Part shown: positions 9,820 through 19,537 of the stretch, piece after piece
Position numbering within the stretch: the first letter of the stretch is position 1
How the letters are laid out: the number at the start of each line of letters is the position of its first letter
NCBI GenBank assembly: GCA_963678315.1
Contig: OY782781.1
Coordinates: 2,752,001 to 2,816,000, forward strand
Direction of reading: 5' to 3'
Source: Candidatus Cloacimonadales bacterium
GTDB lineage: Bacteria > Cloacimonadota > Cloacimonadia > Cloacimonadales > JAFGVF01
Length of the DNA: 64,000 bases
The notes under the pieces: model-generated
Databases searched by the model: none
The model's input: only the letters and a program-made list of their open reading frames with translations
What the model was told of the DNA's origin: nothing
Translations under genes and position numbers: made by a program

Positions 9820-12732
9820 ATGAAGAAAAAGACGATAATTATTGAATCAATAATCTTAGTTGTTTCAGCTGTTGTTTTGGCTTTATTCTTGGGTTTACCA
9901 CAAGTAATTGATCTTGACAAGAGGCAGAATAAGCAAAAGAACATTTCTCAGCTAACAGAGCTAACTATGAACACAAACAATTTCTTGGATAAGTACAAAT
10001 ATAGCATGACTGCTGATTTAGGAAGATTAAAAGAAAAAATGGAATATTCTCAGAAGCTATATGTACCTGGGGATAATGATTATAAGTATTTTGTGTACGG
10101 TGGTATTAAAAATAGTGATTTAAGATACTTAATCACTTATGACTTACTAGATATTTTGAATGCTTACCCATCACTTTCATCTAGTAATAAACTAAAATTC
10201 AATAATTCAATGAATGCTTACTTAATCACTGCTAAGAATAGATTAATGTATTCAGAAGATAGTGAAAAATATCAAGAATTTTTAAAAGCAATTGAGAATT
10301 TACAAGCAAACTTAGGTAATACTAAGTACTTCAGAAAAGCTCAATACTTATCTGATATTAAGAAGAGTTTAAGTAAAGAAAATGCTGCTCTTTATGATAA
10401 CAGAGTATCAATATTCTTACCATCATTGATTCAATCATTCTCTAATGAAGGTAAAAAGAATCTCCAAATTGGTATTGCATTTTATTTAGCTTATGTTAAT
10501 AGAATCAATTCAGGAACAGATATTAATGAAAGTTTTGTTGCTTTTTCAAATGACATTGATGAATTATCTAAATATTCAGCTTTAAAACAAGCTGCATCAA
10601 ACAATGTATTCCCAGAAGGAACTAGCAGCAAAGATATCACAACTATCTTTGATAATGAATTGTCTAATGTTGTATTAGCATCATGCAACTATCAAGATAG
10701 ATTGAACAAGGGTATCGTAGCAATCGGTACAAACGTAGCAGAAAACCCTAAAGATAAATTATCTTCTGAAACTGTACTATCCTACAATAATACTTCATTC
10801 CAAAAAGAAATTAATAACAAATTAGATCAGCTTATTGAACAATATCAAGGTGATTCAGACGGACTTGAAAATGCTATTGCTGCTATGGTAAATGACTACA
10901 AGATGAATGATATTAACAATCAAGTTGTCGATATTACTGAATCAATTTTTAATTACATGCAATATCAAGATTTTACTTATAAATCAATCTATAACAGTCA
11001 AAAAAGTTCTGTTGGAGCTAAGTTCAGTGAAAAGTATGTTGATATCTTCCATAAATACTTAATGAAGTATGACAAGCAATTAATCATTGAAAATCTTGCT
11101 AAAGAAATGGAATCTAAAAAACAAGATGCTCTTAAGAATTACAAATCTAGACTTAAAAACACTGAGTTGCTTCCTGTATTAAGAACACAAATGATGAATA
11201 CTCCTGATTTCTTAAACAAGTATTATTCTTCAAAGAAGTTTAAAACTTTAGTTGCAGACAACGAGAAAGATTTCATCAAAAATATTGAGAGAGAATTTGT
11301 TAATACTAAGAAAAAAGATTTAACTATTGAAAACATTAAAGCTAATGCTGATAACGATAAAATCATCTTTGATGATGATTATCTAAAGCAGTTAAAAGCA
11401 AACAAGACTTTATGGAATAATCAATATGATTATATTGTTTATCATGTAACTAAAGATAACCCTAAAGCTTCTATAAAAGGTATTGCAGCTGAAGTTATTG
11501 CTGATTCAACTAATATAATCAAAAACAACTCTAAATTAGTTAGTAGCTTACAAGATAAGATTGCAAAATCTAAAGAAGATTATGTTAAAAAAGATTATTC
11601 AAATTATAATGCTCTCTTATACTATAGTGATTATTGCACAAACCTAATTGCTAAGAATATTGAAATTACTAACAAGGCTGGTTATGATGGTTTTATTGAA
11701 GCTACTACAAAAACAGCTGACAATATTATTACTAACGATGAATATCCAGAGTTTACTGATGACTTCTTATCTCAAGTTAAAACTGCTATGAATGAAGTAA
11801 CCAAGAATTACATTATTGATGAAGGAAACATTCCAGCTGAATTATCTGCACAGTTAGACCAATTAAGTGCTCAATTAACTAACTATGATGCTTACTTGAA
11901 ATACGTGCAAGCTAAGAAAGTTAGTAGCAAGAAAAGATTCTCTAAAAATGAACTAGCTTTATATTCAGCAAGCGGCATTGATAAAAACAGTTTAGTATCT
12001 TACTATAACGGTAATATTCGTTACATTAAAGGTAAACTTGATAAAAAAGACATCTTTAGAAAGTTCTATAATACTCAAAAAAGCCTATTATTATCTAAAT
12101 ATAACGATGCGAAAAGATCTGCTACTGAAGAAGACTTTAATAAACTAGAAACTCAAATCAGTGCTTTTGTTAAGGCTAATAATCAAGATGATAGAGCAAA
12201 CTTCACTAACATCGTATCTCAAATGCTTAAAAATTATAATGAGTATATCAATAATGATTATAAATTCAATAATGCATTCAACTTTGATGGTCTTATTTCA
12301 GATTTAACAAGAGTTGAGAATAATATTAAGTTCTACCGTTCACTTGTTGAATTCCCTTATTATGACAAGGATGAATATTATCTTTTATATGGAAGATTCA
12401 TTGAACCTGAGCATGATAAAAAAGCTAAAACTTATGAAAAGATTGGAGTTAGTGCTGTAGTTTACACTGATATTCATAACTTTCCACAAGCTCATAAAGT
12501 TGTAGTAAGAGACCTTGGAAATACTAATGTAGATGTTCAATCATTACAATCTGCTTTAGAAGCTAAAATTAACTCATTAATCCAACAAAACAGATCTGAT
12601 TCATACGTTCATTATACAGATCCAGATTACAAGTTAACAAAGCAAGAAGCACAGGCTAAGAAAGACATTAGAGAAAAACTAACTACTGAGTTAAACAAAA
12701 TAGTAGATGACTTTGTTAAAGAAAATTACTAA
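9820..12732 (+). CDS. Large membrane-anchored hypothetical protein (970 aa)
   Basis: Long ORF, GGAG RBS, single N-terminal TM, Lys/Asn/Tyr-rich helical body, own terminator. Confidence 0.8.
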   Translation: MKKKTIIIESIILVVSAVVLALFLGLPQVIDLDKRQNKQKNISQLTELTMNTNNFLDKYKYSMTADLGRLKEKMEYSQKLYVPGDNDYKYFVYGGIKNSDLRYLITYDLLDILNAYPSLSSSNKLKFNNSMNAYLITAKNRLMYSEDSEKYQEFLKAIENLQANLGNTKYFRKAQYLSDIKKSLSKENAALYDNRVSIFLPSLIQSFSNEGKKNLQIGIAFYLAYVNRINSGTDINESFVAFSNDIDELSKYSALKQAASNNVFPEGTSSKDITTIFDNELSNVVLASCNYQDRLNKGIVAIGTNVAENPKDKLSSETVLSYNNTSFQKEINNKLDQLIEQYQGDSDGLENAIAAMVNDYKMNDINNQVVDITESIFNYMQYQDFTYKSIYNSQKSSVGAKFSEKYVDIFHKYLMKYDKQLIIENLAKEMESKKQDALKNYKSRLKNTELLPVLRTQMMNTPDFLNKYYSSKKFKTLVADNEKDFIKNIEREFVNTKKKDLTIENIKANADNDKIIFDDDYLKQLKANKTLWNNQYDYIVYHVTKDNPKASIKGIAAEVIADSTNIIKNNSKLVSSLQDKIAKSKEDYVKKDYSNYNALLYYSDYCTNLIAKNIEITNKAGYDGFIEATTKTADNIITNDEYPEFTDDFLSQVKTAMNEVTKNYIIDEGNIPAELSAQLDQLSAQLTNYDAYLKYVQAKKVSSKKRFSKNELALYSASGIDKNSLVSYYNGNIRYIKGKLDKKDIFRKFYNTQKSLLLSKYNDAKRSATEEDFNKLETQISAFVKANNQDDRANFTNIVSQMLKNYNEYINNDYKFNNAFNFDGLISDLTRVENNIKFYRSLVEFPYYDKDEYYLLYGRFIEPEHDKKAKTYEKIGVSAVVYTDIHNFPQAHKVVVRDLGNTNVDVQSLQSALEAKINSLIQQNRSDSYVHYTDPDYKLTKQEAQAKKDIREKLTTELNKIVDDFVKENY

Positions 12733-12756
12733 AGAATAAATATATCTTAAAAAATT

Positions 12757-12789
12757 AGATGAGCTACTGTATGGTATCTCATCTTTTTT
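12757..12789 (+). terminator. Intrinsic terminator
   Basis: agatgag..tac/gta..ctcatct followed by T-tract. Confidence 0.7.
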
Positions 12790-12804
12790 GTTATGGGAGA
12801 ACAA

Positions 12805-14079
12805 ATGGAATATAAAGAATTTCTAGATAAACTATATCAAAGATACTCTGGTAATGTAAAGTTAGGGTTAAATCGTATGTTTGAAATCTTAAAAGAGATG
12901 GATAACCCTCATGAGAAAATGAAAGGTTTTCATATTGCAGGAACTAATGGCAAGGGTTCTACATCAGCAATGCTGGAAGCATTATCCTTAGCTTATAATC
13001 TTTCAACTGGTTTGAACACATCTCCCCACTTAGTTAATTATACTGAAAGATTTCGAGTAAGTGGTAAGCAGTCAAGCTTTGAAGATGTTTATAACTATTA
13101 CAAAGAATGGGAGTCTGTCTTCAATAAAACAGATGCATCTTTTTTCGAGATTACCACAGCAATTGCTTTTAAAATGTTTTTGCAGAATAAGGTAGATGTA
13201 GCTATTTTTGAAGTAGGTTTAGGTGGAAGACTAGATGGAACTAATCCTTTTAAATCAACTGTTACAGCCATTACTTCTATCTCAATCGACCATAAAAAGT
13301 CTCTTGGAGATAGTTTTGAAAAGATTGCTTATGAAAAAGCAGGTATTATAAAAGAAAATGTGCCAGTAGTACTAGGTAAAATCCAAGCAAGTCCATTAAA
13401 AGTTATCACTGATATAGCGAATGAACGCTATGCCCCAGTGTATAAATATGGAGAAGATTACACAGTTTCAAATATCAGAATGGATGAAAATGGTACAACT
13501 TTTGACTATGAGCTTCCTTCTGAGAATATTTATCTAAAAGATATTTCTGTTAACTTACTTGGTGAACACCAAGCTCTGAATGCTTCGGTAGCTCTCACTT
13601 GCTTTATTCTTTACTTAAGATTACAAAAGATAGAATTTGACGAAGTTACGATTCGAAAAGGTCTTTCATCAGTTTCTTGGTCAGGTAGAATGCAGATTAT
13701 AAATAAAAAGCCTCTAGCAATACTTGATGGTGCACATAATGATGCAGGTATGAACTTCTTGATAAACAATACTAAGAGTATTTTCCCGGATAAGAGAAGA
13801 GTTTTCGTTCTAGGTATATTAAGAGATAAACCTTTTGCAGAGATGCTTAAAATGGCTTCAGAAATTGCTTCTAAACTATATTTATGTCAAAGCACCTCCC
13901 AACGTGCTGCCGATGTTGAAGACTTAAGACTGGTAGCTGATAAATTAGCCATAGATTATGAGGTTATCCCAGATGTAAATGAAGCTTACCAAAAAGCAAT
14001 CAAAGACTGTGATGAAGATGACTTGATTATAGTTGGAGGTTCTTTATATACTATCTCTGAAGTTCTAGCTCATCAATAA
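12805..14079 (+). CDS. folC: Dihydrofolate/folylpolyglutamate synthase
   Basis: HIAGTNGKGST, TSPHL, FEVGLGGRLDGTN, EKAGIIK, LDGAHN, GSLY. Confidence 0.95.
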   Translation: MEYKEFLDKLYQRYSGNVKLGLNRMFEILKEMDNPHEKMKGFHIAGTNGKGSTSAMLEALSLAYNLSTGLNTSPHLVNYTERFRVSGKQSSFEDVYNYYKEWESVFNKTDASFFEITTAIAFKMFLQNKVDVAIFEVGLGGRLDGTNPFKSTVTAITSISIDHKKSLGDSFEKIAYEKAGIIKENVPVVLGKIQASPLKVITDIANERYAPVYKYGEDYTVSNIRMDENGTTFDYELPSENIYLKDISVNLLGEHQALNASVALTCFILYLRLQKIEFDEVTIRKGLSSVSWSGRMQIINKKPLAILDGAHNDAGMNFLINNTKSIFPDKRRVFVLGILRDKPFAEMLKMASEIASKLYLCQSTSQRAADVEDLRLVADKLAIDYEVIPDVNEAYQKAIKDCDEDDLIIVGGSLYTISEVLAHQ

Positions 14080-14157
14080 GAAATTGACATAATTTTGGTG
14101 ATTATATTGAGCAATTTGCTTATATGTGTAATCATAATTTTAACTCACTAAGGTGAC

Positions 14158-14208
14158 CCTTACTGACCTCCTTGAAAAAAAGCCGATTTTTCAAGGAGGC
14201 AAGTAAGG
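14158..14208. repeat. Family A palindrome copy 2
   Basis: ccttactgacctccttgaaaaaaagccgatttttcaaggaggcaagtaagg. Confidence 0.85.
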
Positions 14209-14323
14209 ATGAAGTAATAATCTTGTGTCTCTGAAAAGATTTTTCAAATCTCTTCAAGGCTAAGAGTTCATTTTGATAAATAAAAAACAAGTTTTATATC
14301 TAACGAATAATTGGAATACAAAC

Positions 14324-14359
14324 AAAAAGAGAGTATTGAATAATCAAAACTCTCTTTTT
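14324..14359. terminator. Bidirectional intrinsic terminator
   Basis: aaaaagagag...ctctcttttt between convergent genes. Confidence 0.7.
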
Positions 14360-14370
14360 ATATAATTTAT

Positions 14371-14531
14371 CCCAGATGATGCATTAGGATTGACGAAAAT
14401 AGTGCAGATTCTTTCAGCAAAATAGCTTACAGAATCGAAGCTTGAATAATATTTATTCTAGTTGAGATTATGGAAGTTATTCTTGCCAAATAATATCGTG
14501 CTATTTTTCAAGTCCTAGTGCATTATTTGGG
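14371..14531. mobile_element. MITE-like element, family D copy 1
   Basis: ~24-bp imperfect terminal inverted repeats (cccagatgatgcattaggattga / tcaagtcctagtgcattatttggg); core shared with 27402 and 55967. Confidence 0.7.
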
Positions 14532-14544
14532 TTTATAGAAACTA

Positions 14545-15444
14545 CTAGTATTTAACTACTTCATATTTTCCTGAGTCAAGCAATCTTCTAATAATACCAG
14601 TATCATTAACATAGTGTCCAGCACCTACAATAACAAAAGCTGTTTTGTTTTGAGCTAGCATATCTTCAATTTTAGCAGTCATTTTAGTATCTCTATCACC
14701 AAATAAACTCTTGATATAAGCTTCTTCTTCTTTAGTTTCAAAGTTTGTGAAGTAAGCTTTCATAGCTTGAGCATCACCTCTTTGCCAAATATCAGCTAGA
14801 GAGTTTAATTGTTCTTTGTAATTTTCTGCTTCCACTAGTGATTTTCTTAAAAGTCCTTCAGAGCTTGACTCATCTGAGCTAAATAATAATTCAATTTGAC
14901 CTTCAATACCTTCAAGCTCTACAATCTCTTTATTCATCTCATTAGCTCTATTTAAAAAGTGCACATCAATACCGTATTCAGCATTTAAACCTGCTTTCAT
15001 TGATTCATTTTGAACAATTGAGATATTGATTAGACCAGGCTTCATCATGTTAATTTGTTGCATAGGTGCATTCAATGCGGTGAAATATTCAACTAACAGT
15101 TCATAAGTTTCTGGAGAAATATGATCTTTGATTGTTGTACCATCCATATAGATACCTTTAGACGCGATCATTTGTTGAATCATCATTTGATCAACATTCA
15201 ACATATCTACTTCTACAGCTAACAAATCGGATTGAGTAAAAGCATCTTCTACCACTTTATCCATTGGGAAAAATTCTTTCTTACCAAAATGCATTGAGCC
15301 TAATAAATAAACTGAACTATCTTCATCTGAAACCTTCCAGAACATCATTTCACCACTATCAAGTGGATCTGAGGATGAGAACATTGAACAACTAGATAAT
15401 ACTACTAATACAAGTGCAAAAAGCACAAATTTTCTTAACTTCAT
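14545..15444 (-). CDS. TraB/GumN-family lipoprotein
   Basis: Lipobox VLSSC; FWKV...YLLGSMH; YGIDVHF; ELEGIEGQ; IVGAGH. Confidence 0.88.
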   Translation of the reverse strand: MKLRKFVLFALVLVVLSSCSMFSSSDPLDSGEMMFWKVSDEDSSVYLLGSMHFGKKEFFPMDKVVEDAFTQSDLLAVEVDMLNVDQMMIQQMIASKGIYMDGTTIKDHISPETYELLVEYFTALNAPMQQINMMKPGLINISIVQNESMKAGLNAEYGIDVHFLNRANEMNKEIVELEGIEGQIELLFSSDESSSEGLLRKSLVEAENYKEQLNSLADIWQRGDAQAMKAYFTNFETKEEEAYIKSLFGDRDTKMTAKIEDMLAQNKTAFVIVGAGHYVNDTGIIRRLLDSGKYEVVKY

Positions 15445-15504
15445 AACATACTCCATATATTTTTTGTTAATATCTTTTCAAATGACAAATAAGTCAAGCA
15501 CAAA

Positions 15505-17496
15505 CTATTTTACTATAAGTACTTTTGTTACTTCACTGCTTCCTTTTCCACTTACTTTTATGATATAAACACCTTCAGCAACTTTTAAATCAACATCAAA
15601 AGTTACTTCTTTTGAATTAGCATAATAATCTTTTCTTTTCACTAATTGTCCTCGTAAATTGTATAGTTCAACGGTTTCAACATTATGTTCAGATTTAATT
15701 GCTAGTTTATTATCTACAAGTGGATTTGGATATATTCTTAGATTACAAGCTTCTACATCGTTACTAGCATTTTCTGTTGCATAAGAAGACAAACTGATTC
15801 TGTCAATCATGATCATAGATGCTTGATTACTACAATTCTTAAGCCAAAAGTTAGTAATCATATCATCACCAGAAACACTGTATTCAAAGTTTAGGAGGCT
15901 ATAGTCAGGCGTAATTTCTATATAAGGCATTTCATAGGCTTCTACAGATTGAGAAGAATCATTATTTAAATAGATTCCTGTTTTTATTCTGTCATAACCC
16001 CATTCAGAAGATAAGCTTCTTAGCCAGACCATTACATTTAGCTGCTGAGTTCGAAAATCTGGCGAAATAAGTAAATCCTCGGTAAAACCATTGTTTGCTG
16101 AGACACTGACCAGAGACTTGTCTTGAATATTGTTTATATTTAAAGTAGAATCTAGAGAGTTAAAATCAATAATGAAAAAACCACTATGACTACCTTCATT
16201 CTCAAAATCAAACCATGGAAAGGTCACAGTATTTGCTTGGTCAAGATCATAAGACTGCCAAACTCCTAGATTATCTTCACCATTTTGATAAGATTGGAAA
16301 TCATCATTTATAATGAACTCAGCCCCTTGAAGTGGTGATATCTCAATTGAATTTGATTGGCAAGTGTAAGCAATAAAGTCTTTTGTAACATATATGTTAT
16401 CAAGGTTATCAAATTCATTTAAGTTGAGAGTATAGCTTGTTGCATTGCATGAAATACTTTCGCTTCCACAGTTGACCATATAGACACATTCATCTTCAGT
16501 AACAAAACTTGGAAACCAAGTCATTGAAATAGAATCATTACCAATATTAGTTGTAATCAAATCTATATGAGGAAGATCTCCTGCAAAGCTTAGAGAATAT
16601 TCTTCACTTGGGTATTCTAAACCATTCAATGCATTTATAAACTTAATTGTATAGTCTTTGCTAGGACACCACATTTCAGGTAAAACTATTCTATACTGGT
16701 TGTTAGAGATGCTTTCTAATTCTAAATCTTCAATTACATCAGATATAGATTCAGTTTGGTACTCCATTCTAATGGACCCTATTTCATTTGCTTGCACAAC
16801 AATATCAACTGCAATATCAAGGTTGTCTAAATTATTAGTTGGACTTACTAGTAAAGGACAATTTACAGAGGGCTCAAATTCAAACTTGGTATTAGGAAGG
16901 TAGTTTCTTAAGAATTGACCATTAACAAGGTTGTTAACATCTATTAAGGAATCAAATTGGCAGTATGCTAAAGATGTATTGGCTTGTGTTTCAAAACATA
17001 GGAAGTTATCACTAGTGGAAGCGTAATCTTCTCGGTTCTCAACAAAGACTACTGCTAAATTATTATTTTCTGTATATTCAAAGTCAGTTTGGAAATCTAT
17101 ATTTAACCACCCTTCCCCAACTTCTGTAGAAAAATTGTTAGCTGTTAACTCTCCTTCGAATACTAACTCTAATGATGAAGTATCAATCCAATCATCATTT
17201 GTAGCAAACTCCAGTCCATCAGTATAGCCCATATAGATAGAAACATCATTTATGTAACTTGCAGGATTAGGACTCTCTATTGAATATTGATAACTAATGG
17301 AATTAATGCTTCCTAAGGAATTAAAGTAATCACGACTATATATAGTCTCACTCATTGAATAATTATAGTGTGGATCAGAAGGTAAATGTTGATTGTCTAT
17401 GGTTCCCCCACCGACCTCGATTGAATAAGCATATATTTTATTTACACTACAAATAGCAAAGAATACAAATAATACTACAGCACCAAAGCGTTTCAT
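15505..17496 (-). CDS. Secreted protein with T9SS/Por-type C-terminal sorting domain
   Basis: Signal peptide; acidic beta-rich body; C-terminal IYPNP...LYNLRGQLV...GVYIIKV...KVLIVK. Confidence 0.8.
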   Translation of the reverse strand: MKRFGAVVLFVFFAICSVNKIYAYSIEVGGGTIDNQHLPSDPHYNYSMSETIYSRDYFNSLGSINSISYQYSIESPNPASYINDVSIYMGYTDGLEFATNDDWIDTSSLELVFEGELTANNFSTEVGEGWLNIDFQTDFEYTENNNLAVVFVENREDYASTSDNFLCFETQANTSLAYCQFDSLIDVNNLVNGQFLRNYLPNTKFEFEPSVNCPLLVSPTNNLDNLDIAVDIVVQANEIGSIRMEYQTESISDVIEDLELESISNNQYRIVLPEMWCPSKDYTIKFINALNGLEYPSEEYSLSFAGDLPHIDLITTNIGNDSISMTWFPSFVTEDECVYMVNCGSESISCNATSYTLNLNEFDNLDNIYVTKDFIAYTCQSNSIEISPLQGAEFIINDDFQSYQNGEDNLGVWQSYDLDQANTVTFPWFDFENEGSHSGFFIIDFNSLDSTLNINNIQDKSLVSVSANNGFTEDLLISPDFRTQQLNVMVWLRSLSSEWGYDRIKTGIYLNNDSSQSVEAYEMPYIEITPDYSLLNFEYSVSGDDMITNFWLKNCSNQASMIMIDRISLSSYATENASNDVEACNLRIYPNPLVDNKLAIKSEHNVETVELYNLRGQLVKRKDYYANSKEVTFDVDLKVAEGVYIIKVSGKGSSEVTKVLIVK

Positions 17497-17600
17497 ATTT
17501 CCTCCAAATATAAGTCTAGTAAACCATTAAATATATTTACAATTATTTATCTACAGTTGTCAAGAGCTTTTTGAGAAATGTGGAAATATTTAGTACAATT

Positions 17601-17716
17601 AAAAAAGGCTACTCATTTGAGTAGCCTAATCTATGGCTCCGACAGAGGGATCCGGCAGTTGCCGGACAAGTTCCGAACCCCCGTCCGTCCGGCAGCTGCC
17701 GGATAACAGCCACCCG
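17601..17716 (-). pseudogene. Partial tRNA-Asn duplicate (3' part plus terminator) interrupted by two palindromes
   Basis: Repeats terminator + tggctccgacagagggat, gaacccccg and taacagccacccg of the true tRNA; TCCGGCAGYTGCCGGA at 17651 and 17688. Confidence 0.8.
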
Positions 17717-17765
17717 GTTGACATCACATGTTATTTATTATATTTCTAATAAGATCTCTGCAACG

Positions 17766-17793
17766 AAAAAAAGGCTACTCAGTTGAGTAGCCT
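17766..17793 (-). terminator. Terminator of tRNA-Asn (duplicated at 17601-17628)
   Basis: aggctactca-x-tgagtagcct with T-tract on the minus strand. Confidence 0.85.
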
Positions 17794-17799
17794 AATCTA

Positions 17800-17874
17800 T
17801 GGCTCCGACAGAGGGATTTGAACCCCCGACCTAGTGGTTAACAGCCACCCGCTCTACCGCTGAGCCATGTCGGA
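17800..17874 (-). tRNA. tRNA-Asn(GTT)
   Basis: Reverse complement tccgacatggctcagcggtagagcgggtggctGTTaaccactaggtcgggggttcaaatccctctgtcggagCCA forms a cloverleaf. Confidence 0.95.
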
Positions 17875-17912
17875 ATAATTAATAAAGATTTGATTGACAC
17901 TTTTCATTGGTC

Positions 17913-17979
17913 GGGATTAAACCCCCGTCCGGCAACTGCCGGATAACAGCCACCCGCTCTACCGCTGAGCCATGTCGGA
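17913..17979 (-). pseudogene. Partial tRNA-Asn duplicate (5' half plus degenerate T arm) interrupted by a palindrome
   Basis: Identical to the tRNA from its 5' end through the anticodon, then tccggcagttgccggac replaces the 3' anticodon strand and variable loop. Confidence 0.8.
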
Positions 17980-18042
17980 ATGATTATCAATCATGTTTAA
18001 TCAAAATATAATATTAGTGTTTCTGTGTCAATAATAAATTTA

Positions 18043-18480
18043 TTATTTTTCTAAAATAATGGTAACAGGTCCATCATTAGTTAATTGTATCTTCATATCT
18101 GCAGCAAAGATACCTGTTTTTGGTTCTTTATAAATATTTTTAATTTGTTCTATCATTTTCTTGTATAAACCTTCTGCTATATCAGGTTTTGCAGTGTTAA
18201 TAAAGTCTGGACGCATACCTCTTTTACAGTTGGCATATAGAGTAAACTGAGAGACAAGCATAACATCCCCTTCAATATCTTTAACTGATAAGTTCATTTT
18301 ACCATTACAATCTTCGAATATTCTTAATCCAATGAGTTTATTAACAAGCCATTCTATCTCCGTACCTGTATCTTGACAACCGATACCGACAAAAACTAAA
18401 AGACCTTTTCCTATTTCAGAGACTAATTTATTATCAACAGTCACAGAAGCATTATTTACTCTTTGAATCAAAAGTTTCAT
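18043..18480 (-). CDS. dtd: D-aminoacyl-tRNA deacylase
   Basis: LIQRV, LRIFED, VSQFTL, GIFAADM, NDGPVT. Confidence 0.95.
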   Translation of the reverse strand: MKLLIQRVNNASVTVDNKLVSEIGKGLLVFVGIGCQDTGTEIEWLVNKLIGLRIFEDCNGKMNLSVKDIEGDVMLVSQFTLYANCKRGMRPDFINTAKPDIAEGLYKKMIEQIKNIYKEPKTGIFAADMKIQLTNDGPVTIILEK

Positions 18481-19445
18481 TAAACTACACCAGCTTTGAT
18501 TAGGTCATGTAGATGTAAAACACCAACAGGTTCATTATCTTTATCAATAACAGGTAAAACAGTAATATTAAAGTCTTCCATTACATTCAAAGCTTCTACA
18601 GCAAGAATATCTTCTTTTATTGATTTAGGACTAGAAGTCATAGCCTTATTTACAGGAAAAGTAGCAAGCTCATTGTAGCCCTTTTGTAAGAACCTTCTCA
18701 AATCACCATCAGTAACTATTCCTACTAACTTGTTAGCTTCAAGCACCAAGACACATCCAAGCTTTTTGGAGGTCATGGTCATGATAGCTTTATCCATTGT
18801 TGAAGTAATCTCGATAGTAGGGCAATCATCTCCCCTATGCATTAAATCTTCTACTCTTAGAAGAATCTTTTTCCCTATAGATCCGCCTGGATGAAACTGA
18901 GCATAATCTTCAAGTTTAAAGTTTCTCTTCTTAAGTAACGAAACTGCAAGAGCATCACCAACAGCTAATTCTACAGTAGTGCTTGCTGTAGGTACTAAGC
19001 CTAATTGTTCAAACTCTTTAGGTACTGAGCAGTCAATGACTACATCAGAATGTTGAGCAAGTTTGCTCTGCAAGTTGCCAGTTAAACCTATTAAGGGAAT
19101 CTTGTTGAATTTTATAAATGGTATAATCGAAATTAGTTCTTGAGTGTTTCCACTGTTGGAAATAGCAATAACAACGTCTTCTTTTTGGAGCATTCCTAAA
19201 TCGCCATGAATACCTTCTGCAGGGTGTAGAAATATAGAAGTAGTACCTGTACTAGCTAGTGTAGCAGATATCTTACGTGCTATCAAACCCGCTTTACCCA
19301 TACCGGTTACCACAACTTTACCTTTGCATTCAACTAAAATTTCCAAAGCTTCAACTACATTATTATCTATTTTATCGGAACACATTTGGATAGCTTTAGC
19401 TTGTTGTTCAAGCTCTTTTTTAACAACTTTGATATAATCTTTCAT
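18480..19445 (-). CDS. kdsD: Arabinose-5-phosphate isomerase (KpsF/GutQ, SIS + CBS)
   Basis: TGMGKAG, HPAEGIHGDLG, PTASTT, FHPGGSIG, tandem CBS domains. Confidence 0.9.
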   Translation of the reverse strand: MKDYIKVVKKELEQQAKAIQMCSDKIDNNVVEALEILVECKGKVVVTGMGKAGLIARKISATLASTGTTSIFLHPAEGIHGDLGMLQKEDVVIAISNSGNTQELISIIPFIKFNKIPLIGLTGNLQSKLAQHSDVVIDCSVPKEFEQLGLVPTASTTVELAVGDALAVSLLKKRNFKLEDYAQFHPGGSIGKKILLRVEDLMHRGDDCPTIEITSTMDKAIMTMTSKKLGCVLVLEANKLVGIVTDGDLRRFLQKGYNELATFPVNKAMTSSPKSIKEDILAVEALNVMEDFNITVLPVIDKDNEPVGVLHLHDLIKAGVV

Positions 19446-19537
19446 CTTATCGCCTACTATTAGAAAGGGTAAACACATTGGTTTACCCTAATTATTTATC
19501 CTCTGAGCTAGCTAATAAAGCTCACTCTTCTTAATCA

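Noticed and set aside
17601..17979. Prophage or genomic-island att sites, or intron-containing tRNAs
   Set aside because: No integrase or cargo between the copies. The palindromes replace rather than interrupt tRNA sequence, so splicing could not restore a tRNA.
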